A stretch of DNA of 64,000 nucleotides from positions 3,744 to 67,743 of the forward strand of contig CAWFVH010000011.1 of assembly GCA_963819275.1 (NCBI GenBank), read 5' to 3'. The position numbers were made by a program, and so were the translations under genes. This document shows, piece after piece, positions 8,926 to 18,210 of this stretch. Numbering within the stretch: position 1 is the stretch's first letter; every line of letters begins with the position of its first letter. The notes under the pieces were generated by a model, which saw only the letters and a list, made by a program, of their open reading frames with translations, was not told the DNA's origin and did not search any database. The stretch is from an uncultured Actinomycetes bacterium. GTDB taxonomy: Bacteria > Actinomycetota > Thermoleophilia > Gaiellales > Gaiellaceae.

Positions 8926-8954
8926 TTGACAACGAGAAGCGGCCGCGCTATTCT
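8926..8954 (+). promoter_or_regulatory. sigma-70-like promoter (TTGACA-17 nt-TATTCT)
   Basis: TTGACA 8926-8931, an exact 17-nt spacer and TATTCT 8949-8954, directly after the rsmI stop. Predicts a TSS near 8961 and use of the in-frame TTG 8965 as a near-leaderless start of the M23 gene. Confidence 0.4.
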
Positions 8955-10066
8955 GCGCCTCCTGTTGCTCATTCTGACAACGACAAGACGGCTGGGTCTT
9001 CTTCTCTTCCTCTTCCTGGTGTGGACGCCGGCCGCGTACGCCTGGAGCTGGCCCGTGCAGGGGCCGGTGTTGCAGGGGTTCTCCTACGACGAGGCGCACC
9101 CCTACGCCGCCGGGCAGCATCGCGGCATCGACATCGGAGCCGACGCCGAGGGCGAGACCGTGGTCGCGCCGGCCGCAGGCACGGTCAGCTTTGCGGGGAC
9201 GGTGCCGACGAACGGTAAGTCGGTCACGATCGAGACGGCGGACGGCTACTCGGTCACCCTCACGCATCTCGGCTCGATCGGTGTGACCAAGGGCGCATCG
9301 GTCTCCGAGGGCGGCGACGGTCGGAACTATCGGCCCAAGCGGCACGCCCGAGGTCGTCGGGCCGTACGTCCACCTTGGAGTTCGTCTCACGACCGATGCG
9401 AACGGCTACCTCGACCCGCTCGGGCTTCTGCCGCCGCTCCCGACCGGAAGCACTACCGAGACCGACGCGGCCGCATCGCAGCCGAGCTCTGGCGGTGGTT
9501 CCTCGACCGCGTCCGGAAGTGCGTCGAACGCGACACCGCCGGCGCCGCCTGCGACCCAACCAGCGAGCTCCCAGCCTGCAGGCCGACCCGTGTCGAGCAC
9601 CCCGACCGGCACGACCACACATGTCCGGACGCGTGACGCGGGCCACGCAGGCGAGCGCACGTCGCAAGCCCGAGCAGAGACGCGCTCGACGAGTCACGCG
9701 CAGGGCCGTGCCGAGACCCGACCGGAACGAGCAGCGACCACCCCGCGCACCGTCCGCCCAGCGAACGATGCCCGGCGGCCGGTTGTCGAGACAGCGGCTC
9801 CAGCCGAGGTGACCCATCTCGACGCTGGCCACGAGATTGGTTCGAGCGTCGCCGGCAGTGGGTCGGCTGAGGCGCGAAGACCGGCGTCCGCAACGCCGCT
9901 GCCGCTCATCCTCAACGGCGCGGCGGCGATTGTCGCCGTCGGCGCCGTGTTCGTGGCCGCGCGCAGCCGGCGCCGCCGACGCGTCGTGGGCTCGATCGCT
10001 CCGGCGCAGGTTTTCGACTTGCCGTTGCGTGCAGCGGAACGTCCTCCTGCGTCGCGTGCCGCGTAG
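8926..10066 (+). pseudogene. M23 family metallopeptidase, interrupted by a +1 frame change near 9310-9316
   Basis: The frame of 8926 gives a signal peptide (LLLFLFLVWTPAAYA) and the M23 N-half (HRGIDIGA...TLTHLGSIGVTKGASVSEG), then Arg-rich nonsense to TGA 9634-9636. The +1 frame, open from 9287, reads TVGTIGPSGTPEVVGPYVHLGVRLTTDANGYLDPLGLLPP. It then continues through an S/T/P-rich linker and a C-terminal TM helix to TAG 10064-10066. Confidence 0.8.
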
Positions 10067-10127
10067 ACCTTCGGGGAGCCTCGTATGATTCCGAGCCTTC
10101 CCCGAGCCCTGGAAGGAGCTGTCGCCG

Positions 10128-11873
10128 GTGGCGGAAACGCCGCAGAAGATCCTCGTCGCGGTCGCGTGGCCATACGCGAGCGGCCCGCGGCACCTCGGCC
10201 ACGTCGCCGGTCCGGGTGTGCCCTCAGACGTCTTCGCCCGCTATCACCGGCTCAAGGGCAACGACGTCCTCATGGTGAGCGGGACCGACGAGCACGGCAC
10301 GCCGGTAATGGTCTCGGCCGATCGCGAAGGCGTGACTCCGCGTGAGCTTGCAGACCGCAACAACGCGCTGATCCTCGACGACTACGTTCGCCTCGGCATG
10401 TCGTTCGACTGCTTCACGCGGACGACGACCCGTAACCACTACACCGTCGTCCAGGACATGTTCCGCTCCCTGTACGAGAAGGGGTTCCTGATCGAGGAAA
10501 CGACGCTCGGGGCGATCGCGCCGGCCACCGGCCGCACGCTCCCCGACCGCTACATCGAGGGGACCTGTCCGATCTGCGGCTACGGCGAGGCGCGTGGCGA
10601 CCAGTGCGACAACTGTGGCAACCAGCTCGATCCGATCGACCTGATCGACCCGCGCTCGATCGTGGACGGTTCGACACCGGAGTTCCGCGAGACGACGCAC
10701 CTCTTCCTCGATCTGCCGGCGTTCCGCGAGCGGCTGGTGGAGTGGATCGAGGCGCAGACGCACTGGCGGCCGAACGTCCGCAACTTCGCGCTGAACCTGG
10801 CGCGAGAGGTGAAGCCGCGTGCGATGACCCGCGACATCGACTGGGGCGTGCCGGTTCCGGTCGACGGCTACCCCGAGGATACGAAGCGGATCTACGTCTG
10901 GTTCGACGCGGTCATCGGCTACCTCTCCGCCGCCGTCGAGTGGGCGCACAACGTCGACCGACCCGAGGCGTGGCGCGAGTGGTGGCAGAACCCGGACGCG
11001 CGCACCTTCTACTTCATGGGGAAGGACAACATCGTCTTCCACGCCGTCATCTGGCCCTCGATGCTGATGGGGTACGGCGACGACCTGCAGCTTCCGTACA
11101 ACGTCGTCTCGAGCGAGTACCTGACGATGAGCGGCAGCAAGGCGAGCACGAGCCGCGGCCATGCGATCTGGGTCAAGGATTTCCTCGACCGGTACGAGCC
11201 CGACGCCTTGCGCTACTACCTCACGGCCGCCGGGCCCGAGACGCAGGACAGCGACTTCACCTGGGAGGAGTTCGTCCGCCGCACGAACGACGAGCTGCTT
11301 GCCAACTGGGGCAATCTCGTCAACCGGACGCTCGTGAACGCGCAGCGAAACTTCGGGGCCGTTCCCGAGCCGGGCTCGCTCACCGAGGGCGACCGCGCGC
11401 TCCTCGACGCGGTCGAGAAGGCGTTCGACTCGGTCGGCGAGCACATCGAGAACGCACGCTTCCGAGCCGCCTTGGCCGAATGCATGGCGACGAGCGGGCT
11501 CGCGAATCAGTACCTCTCGGACCAGGCGCCGTGGGCGCTCGTGAAGACGGACCGCGAGCGCGCGGGCACCGTTCTCTATGTCGCGCTTTGCGCCGTCGAC
11601 TCGCTGAAGACGCTCCTCACGCCGTTTCTCCCCTTCAGCTCGCAGGTGCTGCACGAGCTGCTGGGCTACAACGGCTGGATCGCCGGTCCGCTCGAGCGCC
11701 GCACCGTCGAGGAGGAGGACGGTTCCACCCACGAGATCCTCACCGGCGACTACGCCGGTTGGGTCGGCGCCTGGGCGCCGAGCGAGCTTCCGCCCGGCCA
11801 GACGCTGCGGGAGCCGCACCCGCTGTTCCGCAAGCTCGACGCCGAAGCCGTCCTCGCGTCTGAGCTCGCGTGA
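10128..11873 (+). CDS. metG: methionine--tRNA ligase
   Basis: 581 aa. Class I HIGH-type motif (PRHLGH), zinc knuckles CPICG/CDNCG and a KMSKS-like [12 protein letters not shown] 10128 with GGAAGGAG upstream. Confidence 0.95.
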   Translation: MAETPQKILVAVAWPYASGPRHLGHVAGPGVPSDVFARYHRLKGNDVLMVSGTDEHGTPVMVSADREGVTPRELADRNNALILDDYVRLGMSFDCFTRTTTRNHYTVVQDMFRSLYEKGFLIEETTLGAIAPATGRTLPDRYIEGTCPICGYGEARGDQCDNCGNQLDPIDLIDPRSIVDGSTPEFRETTHLFLDLPAFRERLVEWIEAQTHWRPNVRNFALNLAREVKPRAMTRDIDWGVPVPVDGYPEDTKRIYVWFDAVIGYLSAAVEWAHNVDRPEAWREWWQNPDARTFYFMGKDNIVFHAVIWPSMLMGYGDDLQLPYNVVSSEYLTMSGSKASTSRGHAIWVKDFLDRYEPDALRYYLTAAGPETQDSDFTWEEFVRRTNDELLANWGNLVNRTLVNAQRNFGAVPEPGSLTEGDRALLDAVEKAFDSVGEHIENARFRAALAECMATSGLANQYLSDQAPWALVKTDRERAGTVLYVALCAVDSLKTLLTPFLPFSSQVLHELLGYNGWIAGPLERRTVEEEDGSTHEILTGDYAGWVGAWAPSELPPGQTLREPHPLFRKLDAEAVLASELA

Positions 11874-12614
11874 TCGACACCCACGCGCACCTCACCGCGC
11901 TCGACGACCCCGACGAAGTGGTCGCGCGGGCAGCCGAGGCAGGCGTCACGCGCATCCTCACGGTCGGCACCGACGTCGAAGACTGTCGCCGCGCGCTCGA
12001 GCTCGCCGAGCGGCACGACGGCGTGTTCGCGATTCTCGGCATCCACCCACACGAGGCAGGGACCGCGACGCCTGACGATCTCGCCGCGTTGGGCGGGCTG
12101 CTCGGACACCCGAAGGCGGTCGCAGTCGGCGAGACGGGTCTGGACTGGTTCCGCGACTATGCGCCGCGCGACGACCAGCGGCGGCTCTTCGCCGCCCAGC
12201 TCGAGCTCGCTGCCGAGCTGGGGAAACCTGTGGTGATTCACACGCGAGCAGCAGATGACGACACGCTCGCTGTTGCTCGAGGCCTTCCCTGGCACGGTCG
12301 TACTCCACTGCTTCTCGTCGCCGCACATGCTCCCGACCGCCCTCGAACGCGGCTGGTACGTCTCGTTCGCCGGGAACGCGACCTTTCCCAAGGCCGTCGA
12401 TCTCCGCCTCGCCGCGACCCAGGTTCCCGAGGATCGCATCCTCGCCGAGACCGACTCGCCGTACCTCGCGCCGCAGCCCGTACGCGGACGCCGGAACGAA
12501 CCGGCGAACGTCGTCCACACGCTCGCCGCCCTCGCCCAGGCGCGCGGCGAGGAACCGGCCGAGCTCGAGCGCCGGATCGACCGCAACGCCACTGCATGCT
12601 TCGGCCCGCCGTGA
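11870..12614 (+). pseudogene. tatD: TatD family hydrolase, interrupted by a +1 frame change near 12270-12273
   Basis: The N-half (MIDTHAHL...GETGLDWF...KPVVIHTRAADDDTLA) is in the frame of 11870. The C-half (LLEAFPGTVVLHCFSS...ETDSPYLAPQPVRGRRNEP) is in the +1 frame (listed ORF 12255-12614). The N-terminal frame runs on as nonsense and happens to merge with rsmA. Confidence 0.85.
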
Positions 12615-13369
12615 GCACAAGGCCGAAGAAGGAGTACGGCCAGCACTTCCTCCGGGACCGGAACATCCTCGAGGTGATCGGCCGCCTCGCCCAGCTTGGC
12701 CCGGACGACGTCGTGCTCGAGATCGGCCCCGGCCAGGGCGTGCTCACGCGCTACCTGGCGGAGCGCGTTCGCCGCGTCCATGCGGTCGAGATCGACCGTG
12801 TCCTCGAGCCCGAGCTCAGCGGCCTCCCCGACAACGTCGACGTGGTCTTCGGGGACGCGCTCCGACTCGAGCTGTCCCAGGACGCGACGAAGCTCGTCGC
12901 GAACCTCCCGTACAACGTGGCGACGCCGCTCGTCGTCGAGTCGCTCGACGGGCTGCCGAACGTCCGGCTGTGGTGCGTGATGGTGCAGCGGGAGGTCGCC
13001 GAGAGGTTTTTTGCGAAGCCTGAAACGAAGGAGTACGGCGCCGTCTCGGTGCTCGTGCAGCTCGCGGCCGAGCGCACCGGATTCCACGCTGTTTCGCGGA
13101 GTGTCTTCCGCCCCCAACCGAACGTCGATTCCGCGCTCGTCGCGTTCAGGCGCACGGAGCTGCCCGCCGACTACGCCTGGGTGAAGGAGGTCGTTGCCGC
13201 CGCATTCGCCCACCGGCGGAAGACGCTGCCGAATTCGCTCGCGCTCGCGGGGACGGCGCCGCGGGAGCAGGCGGCAGGGGCGCTCGCCGCGGTCGGCCGT
13301 CCGCCCGAGACACGCGCCGAGGCGCTCGCACCCACGGAGTTCGTCGAGCTTGCGAAGGCGCTGGGATGA
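12611..13369 (+). CDS. rsmA: 16S rRNA (adenine1518/1519-N6)-dimethyltransferase
   Basis: Motifs YGQHFL, the SAM motif LEIGPGQGVLT and NLPYNV. GTG 12611 overlaps the tatD stop (GTGA). Alternative start ATG 12596. Confidence 0.9.
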   Translation: MSTRPKKEYGQHFLRDRNILEVIGRLAQLGPDDVVLEIGPGQGVLTRYLAERVRRVHAVEIDRVLEPELSGLPDNVDVVFGDALRLELSQDATKLVANLPYNVATPLVVESLDGLPNVRLWCVMVQREVAERFFAKPETKEYGAVSVLVQLAAERTGFHAVSRSVFRPQPNVDSALVAFRRTELPADYAWVKEVVAAAFAHRRKTLPNSLALAGTAPREQAAGALAAVGRPPETRAEALAPTEFVELAKALG

Positions 13370-14184
13370 AGCGCGCGCCTGCTTCGGCCAAGATCAATCT
13401 CGCGCTCGTCGTCGGCCCGCCGCGCGACGACGGCAAGCACGAGGTCCTCACGGTCCTGCAGCGGATCGACCTCGTCGACCGGATCGAGCTCGAAGAGTCG
13501 GCTGAGCTCGGCGTCCACGGCTTCGCCGGCGACACGCTCGTCGCGACGGCGCTTCGCGAGCTCGCAGACGCTGCGGGCGTCGAGCCGCACTGGAGCGTCC
13601 GGATCGAGAAGAAGATCCCGGTCGCAGCCGGCCTCGGCGGCGGTAGCTCCGACGCGGCAACGGCACTGCGGCTCGCCAACGAGACGCTGCCCGAGCCGCT
13701 TTCCGCGGAGGAGCTGCAGCACATCGCCGCCGGTCTCGGCTCCGATGTCCCGTTCTTCCTCGTGGACGGCCCGCAACTCGGCACCGGCGACGGGAGCGAG
13801 CTCGAGCCGGTCGATATCCCGCAGGATTTCTGGGTCGTCCTCCTCCTGCCGCACGGAGCGGTGAAGACCTCGACCGCCGACGTCTACGCGGCCTTCGATG
13901 CCCGAAAGGACGTGGCCGGATTCGCCGAGCGCCGCCAGGCTCTCCTCGACGGGCTCGCCAGCGTCGAGCGGCCCCGCGACCTCGCAGCGCTGCCCGCGAA
14001 CGACCTCGCAAGCTCGCCGCTCGCAGACGACATGCGAGCTGCAGGAGCCTTCCGCGCCGACGTCTCGGGAGCCGGCCCGACCCTCTACGGCCTGTTCCAT
14101 CACCGCCGAGATGCGGACGCTGCGAGAAGTGCTCTCGGCCGTCTCGGCCGCACCTGGCTCGCAGCACCTGCGTGGTACGGTTGA
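13366..14184 (+). CDS. ispE: 4-diphosphocytidyl-2-C-methyl-D-erythritol kinase
   Basis: 272 aa with the GHMP-kinase motif PVAAGLGGGSSDAA. The ATG overlaps the rsmA stop (ATGA). Confidence 0.9.
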   Translation: MKRAPASAKINLALVVGPPRDDGKHEVLTVLQRIDLVDRIELEESAELGVHGFAGDTLVATALRELADAAGVEPHWSVRIEKKIPVAAGLGGGSSDAATALRLANETLPEPLSAEELQHIAAGLGSDVPFFLVDGPQLGTGDGSELEPVDIPQDFWVVLLLPHGAVKTSTADVYAAFDARKDVAGFAERRQALLDGLASVERPRDLAALPANDLASSPLADDMRAAGAFRADVSGAGPTLYGLFHHRRDADAARSALGRLGRTWLAAPAWYG

Positions 14185-14187
14185 ACG

Positions 14188-14544
14188 GTGGTTACCGAGA
14201 CGCCGTCGCAGCCGGTCGAACGGGGACCCGGTGTCTGGCTGAGGGCCCGCCGCCACCGAATTGCGCTCTGGGTCGCCGCGGCGGAGGGCATCGTCGTCCT
14301 CCTCTCGCACGACCTCACGAAGTGGACCGTGGTCGCGCTTGCCGCTATCGCTGCGGTCGCCTGGGCGCTCGGCCGGAACTCGCATTCGGTCGGGCTGCGC
14401 CAGGGCCTGTGGATCTTCCTCGTCTCGCAGCTCCTGGCCGTGGTCCTCGTCCTGTTCGCCGTCTTCTTCAAATGGCTGCTGATCCTCGGTCTCATCGCCT
14501 GCGCCGTCGTTGCCCTCGCGTTCCTGTTCCTCGACCGCCGATAG
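14188..14544 (+). CDS. small membrane protein
   Basis: 118 aa from a GTG start, with 3-4 hydrophobic helices. No family recognised. Confidence 0.55.
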   Translation: MVTETPSQPVERGPGVWLRARRHRIALWVAAAEGIVVLLSHDLTKWTVVALAAIAAVAWALGRNSHSVGLRQGLWIFLVSQLLAVVLVLFAVFFKWLLILGLIACAVVALAFLFLDRR

Positions 14545-14557
14545 ACTTCCGTGCCCC

Positions 14558-14631
14558 TGGGGCGTAGCCAAGTGGTAAGGCAACGGGTTTTGGTCCCGTG
14601 ATCCCAGGTTCGAATCCTGGCGCCCCAGCCA
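14558..14631 (+). tRNA. tRNA-Gln (anticodon UUG), CCA encoded
   Basis: The cloverleaf folds by hand. Acceptor stem TGGGGCG/CGCCCCA, anticodon stem ACGGG/CCCGT with loop TTTTGGT (anticodon TTG), T arm CCAGG-TTCGAAT-CCTGG, discriminator G, then CCA. Confidence 0.9.
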
Positions 14632-14643
14632 CCTCCCACTGAC

Positions 14644-15927
14644 ATGGCAGAAGACCTCGCAGCAGTCGTGATGGCCGCCGGAATCGGCACGCGCATGAAG
14701 AGCGCGGTGCCGAAGCACCTGCACCCGGTTCTCGGCCGCCGGCTGGTCGACTGGGTGGTGGACGCCGCACGCGGCGCCGGGGTCGAGCGGCTCGTCGTCG
14801 TCGCCTCGCCGCAGACGAGCGATTTGCTCGAGGGCGTCGAGGTGGCCGTGCAGGAGGAGCCGCGCGGGACCGGTGACGCCGTCCGCTGCGCCGGGGCTGC
14901 TCTCGAGGGCTTCGACGGCGACGTGCTCGTGCTGAACGGCGACGTCCCGGCGCTGCGTTCCGAGACGATCCGCGCGCTCGTCGAAACGCATCGCGCCGCC
15001 GGCGCGGCCGCGACCGTCCTGTCGTTCGAGCCGGCGGACGCCGGCGCCTACGGCCGCATCGTCCGCGACGCGAACGGGCAGCTGGCCCGGATCGTCGAGG
15101 CCGCCGACGCCTCGCCGGAGGAACTGGCGCTCGGCGAGGTCAATTCCGGCATCTACGTCTTTCGCGCGGCGAAGCTCTGGCCGGCGCTCGAGCGGCTCGA
15201 CGCGCACAACGCGCAGGGCGAGCTCTACGTCACCGACACGCTCGGTCTGCTCGTCGCCGACGGCGAGACCTGTGCCGTCCAGCTCGCCGACGAACCGCTC
15301 GAGGCCGAAGGCGTGAACACCCGTGTCGAGCTCGCCGCGGCGGCCGCCTTCCTGCGCGACCGGATCAACGAGGAGCACATGCTCGCCGGCGTCACCATCG
15401 TCGACCCGGCAACGACCTGGATCGAGACAGGCGTCGAGATCGAGCCCGACGTCGTTCTGCATCCCTTCACCGTGATCCGCGGCGGCGTCCGGATCGAGGG
15501 CGGCGCCGAGATCGGTCCCTTCGCGTACGTTCGTGCCGTCAGCGTGATCGGCGAGGGAGCCAAGATCGGCACCTTCGTCGAGGTCAAGAACGTCGCGCTC
15601 GGCGCCGGCGCGAAGATCCCGCACCTCTCGTACATCGGCGACGCCGAGGTGGGGGAGGGAACGAACGTCGCGGCCGGCAACATCACTGCGAATTTCCCGC
15701 ACGTGCCGGACGAGCCCAAAGGCAGAACGAGGATCGGCCGTAACGTCAGGACCGGCGTGGACACTGTCTTCGATGCTCCGGTCGAGGTTGGCGACGACGT
15801 ATGGATTGCAGCCGGGTCCGTCATCACGGATGATGTCCCTCCCGGTTCGCTGGCCGGTTTTCCCCCGCGACAGACGACGAAGGAAGGATGGGTCTACGAC
15901 GAGCATGGAAAGCCCGACGGCGACTGA
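14644..15927 (+). CDS. glmU: bifunctional UDP-N-acetylglucosamine diphosphorylase / glucosamine-1-phosphate N-acetyltransferase
   Basis: 427 aa. N-terminal nucleotidyltransferase motif (VMAAGIGTRMKS) plus C-terminal hexapeptide-repeat beta-helix. Confidence 0.9.
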   Translation: MAEDLAAVVMAAGIGTRMKSAVPKHLHPVLGRRLVDWVVDAARGAGVERLVVVASPQTSDLLEGVEVAVQEEPRGTGDAVRCAGAALEGFDGDVLVLNGDVPALRSETIRALVETHRAAGAAATVLSFEPADAGAYGRIVRDANGQLARIVEAADASPEELALGEVNSGIYVFRAAKLWPALERLDAHNAQGELYVTDTLGLLVADGETCAVQLADEPLEAEGVNTRVELAAAAAFLRDRINEEHMLAGVTIVDPATTWIETGVEIEPDVVLHPFTVIRGGVRIEGGAEIGPFAYVRAVSVIGEGAKIGTFVEVKNVALGAGAKIPHLSYIGDAEVGEGTNVAAGNITANFPHVPDEPKGRTRIGRNVRTGVDTVFDAPVEVGDDVWIAAGSVITDDVPPGSLAGFPPRQTTKEGWVYDEHGKPDGD

Positions 15928-15961
15928 GCTGGCCCTCCCCGGGTTGGAAGGCGGCGTCGCA

Positions 15962-16964
15962 ATGAGCGACCCGTCCCCGCAGCACTACATCGTGCGCGGC
16001 CCGGAGAAGCGGCTGATGGTTTTCTCCGGCCGTTCGCATCCCGAGCTGGCGGCTGCCATCGCCGAGAAGCTCGGCGTCCAACTCGGCGACGTCGAGCTCA
16101 GCACCTTCCCGAACGACGAGACCTATTGCCGCTACCTCGAGTCGATTCGCGGCGCCGACGTTTTCATCGTGCAGACGGGTTGTCCGCCCGTGGACAAGAA
16201 CCTGATGGAGCTCGTCCTGATGATCCAGGCGGCGAAGCTCGCGTCGGCGAAGCGGATCACGGCCGTCATCCCGTGGTTCCCGTACTCGCGGCAGGACCGG
16301 AAGGCGAAGCCGCGCGAGCCGATCTCGGCCCGCATCGTCGCGGACATGCTCCAGCTTGCCGGCGCAGACCGCGTCCTGACCATGGACCTCCACGCGGGCC
16401 AGGTCCAGGGCTTCTTCACCATCCCGGTCGACCACATGACGGCTCTGCAGCTCTTCGCGACGCACTTCCGTGACCTGGGGCTTACGGGTGACGATGTCGT
16501 CGCGGTGGCGCCTGACGCCGGCCGCGCCAAGCACGGCGTGCGCTTCGCGGAGATGATCGAGGCGAGCTTCGCGATCATGCACAAGATGCGCGTCGCGGCC
16601 GACCAGGTCGAAGATGACGGAAGTCACCGGCAGGGTGCGCGGCAAGAGGGCGATTGTCGGCGACGACGTCTCCACGACCGGCGGAACGCTCGTGGCCGGC
16701 GCCAAGGCGCTCAAGGCGCACGGCGCCTCGGAGGTCAACGTGTTCGTGACCCATGCCCTGTTCTCCGACGCCGCGCTGGAGCTGATCGCGAACTCGGAGA
16801 TCGACCGCATTGTCGTGACGGACAGCATCCCGGTCGATCCGCGCAGGCGTCCCGACAACATGACCGTCCTCAGCGTCTCGGGCCTGCTCGCGGAGGCGAT
16901 CATGAACGTCTTCGCCGACGACTCGGTCTCGGCGATCTTCGGCGGCGAGAACCAGCTCTTCTAA
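15962..16964 (+). pseudogene. prs: ribose-phosphate diphosphokinase, interrupted by a +1 frame change near 16610-16614
   Basis: The N-part (LMVFSGRSHPELA...VIPWFPYSRQDRK...FAIMHKMRVAADQVE) is in the frame of 15962 and then becomes Arg-rich nonsense to 17119. The C-part (MTEVTGRVRGKRAIVGDDVSTTGGTL...VTDSIP) is the +1-frame ORF 16614-16964. The start could also be ATG 15905. Confidence 0.85.
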
Positions 16965-17000
16965 CGACGCCCCGGGAGCGGAGGGTGTCCCGGGGCGTCG
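16965..17000 (+). terminator. stem-loop directly after the prs stop (13-bp perfect stem)
   Basis: CGACGCCCCGGGA-gcggagggtg-TCCCGGGGCGTCG starts 1 nt after TAA 16962-16964. There is no clear U tract. A second hairpin, CAAGCC-ctcg-GGCTTG, lies at 17021-17036 in the convergent spacer. Confidence 0.5.
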
Positions 17001-17122
17001 TCAGTGCTGCTCGTGACTCGCAAGCCCTCGGGCTTGTCGGCAGGAGTCGCTGCGACGCTACTGCGGTCGGTGGAAGCGAGTGGGCTGCGATCCTGTTACG
17101 GCCTGGGGTCACTCGCTGAGCG

Positions 17123-18163
17123 TCAGGAAGGCGGCTGGGCTTGGCCCAGGCGACGACGTACGAGCCGGTCAGCGGCCTCGACCGGAGTGATGCCCTCGGC
17201 ATCCGCTGCGGCGAACAGCTCTCGCAGCGTGTCGCCGACCCCCGCGAGTCGCTCTTCGAGCTGCGCCTCGTCCCAGCCCTCGTCCTCGAGGCCGATCAGC
17301 TGGATGATGCCGCCCGCGTTGACGACGTAGTCGGGCGCGTAGAGGATCCCGCGCTCACGCAGCCGCTCGGCGTCCTCGGGCTCGGCGAGCTGGTTGTTCG
17401 CGCAGCCGGCGACCGCCCGGCAGGCCAGGCGCGGTATCGACTCCGCGTTGAGCGTTCCGCCGACGGCGCAGGGCGAATACACGTCCACCTCTGCCTCGAG
17501 CGCGCGCTCGGGTGGGATCGTTTCGCAGCCGGCCGCGGCGGCCCGCTCCTCGTCGACGTCGCTCACGAGCACTCGTGCGCCGGCGGCGGCGAGCTCGCGC
17601 GCGAGGATCCCGCCGACCGAGCCGGCGCCCTGAACGAGGACGCTTCGTCCCGTGAGCTCCGGCGTGCCGAACACGTGCTCGACGGTCGCTCGGACCGCGT
17701 GCAGTGCGGCGCGGGCGGTGCCGCGTCCGCTGTTCCCGCCGCGTCCCGTGGTGCCGTAGACCCAGGGGCACGTCTCGGCCACGACGTCGAGATCCTCCGG
17801 CGTGATGTTCATGTCGCCGGCCGTGCGGTAGGTGCCGCCGAGCGAGGCGACGAGCTGGCCGTACCGCCGCAGCAGGCGCTTCCGCGGCTCGCCGGTTGGA
17901 AGCTCCGGCACGGCGAGCACGGCCTTCCCGCCGCCGCGCGGCATCCCGGCGGCCGCCATCTTGCTCGTCATCGCCGCCGAGAGACGCATCGCGTCGGCCA
18001 GGCCGTCGGCCGCAGCCGGATACACGCGCATCCGCGTGCCCCCGCCGGCCGGCCCGAGCGCCGTGGAGTGGACGCAGACGAACATCCAGGCTCCGCTCTC
18101 GGCGTCGTAGCGGACGACTGCGTGCTCTCCGTCCCAGCCTCCCAGGAGGTCTTCGAAGTCCAT
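17123..18163 (-). CDS. Leu/Val/Phe dehydrogenase (Glu/Leu/Phe/Val dehydrogenase family)
   Basis: 346 aa. Catalytic-Lys loop PRGGGKAVL and Rossmann motif VQGAGSVGG. The size is typical of the short amino-acid dehydrogenases. Confidence 0.85.
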   Translation of the reverse strand: MDFEDLLGGWDGEHAVVRYDAESGAWMFVCVHSTALGPAGGGTRMRVYPAAADGLADAMRLSAAMTSKMAAAGMPRGGGKAVLAVPELPTGEPRKRLLRRYGQLVASLGGTYRTAGDMNITPEDLDVVAETCPWVYGTTGRGGNSGRGTARAALHAVRATVEHVFGTPELTGRSVLVQGAGSVGGILARELAAAGARVLVSDVDEERAAAAGCETIPPERALEAEVDVYSPCAVGGTLNAESIPRLACRAVAGCANNQLAEPEDAERLRERGILYAPDYVVNAGGIIQLIGLEDEGWDEAQLEERLAGVGDTLRELFAAADAEGITPVEAADRLVRRRLGQAQPPS

Positions 18164-18210
18164 GTCGAGGACCGTACCGAACCGGCTCTCGGCTACACTC
18201 CTGCGCCGGA

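Noticed and set aside
8920-8965. ydaO (cyclic-di-AMP) riboswitch upstream of the cell-wall hydrolase gene
   Set aside because: The non-coding space after rsmI is at most about 45 nt, and the sequence reads as a simple promoter. There is no room for a riboswitch of more than 100 nt.
10067-10127. T-box or other riboswitch leader upstream of metG
   Set aside because: Only about 60 nt are available between the M23 gene end and the metG GTG. That is far too short for a T-box, and no specifier/antiterminator features are visible.
14558-14631. tRNA-Gln as an integration site of a genomic island
   Set aside because: There is no integrase, no duplicated tRNA 3' end and no compositional break nearby. 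The flanking genes (ispE, glmU, prs) are conserved core synteny.
13171-15906. 911-aa minus-strand ORF
   Set aside because: It is antisense to ispE, the small membrane gene, the tRNA-Gln and glmU, all of which are strongly supported. Its composition is dominated by R/D/G/A/E with no recognisable domain. GC-rich antisense artefact.
16601-16620. Programmed +1 ribosomal frameshifting as the explanation for the prs, tatD and M23 disruptions
   Set aside because: There is no shared slippery motif, no in-frame stop or rare-codon pause at any junction, and no stimulatory Shine-Dalgarno-like element. The three genes are unrelated. Three same-direction single-nt insertions within 7.4 kb fit insertion-type sequencing/assembly error better. 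Still flagged for verification.
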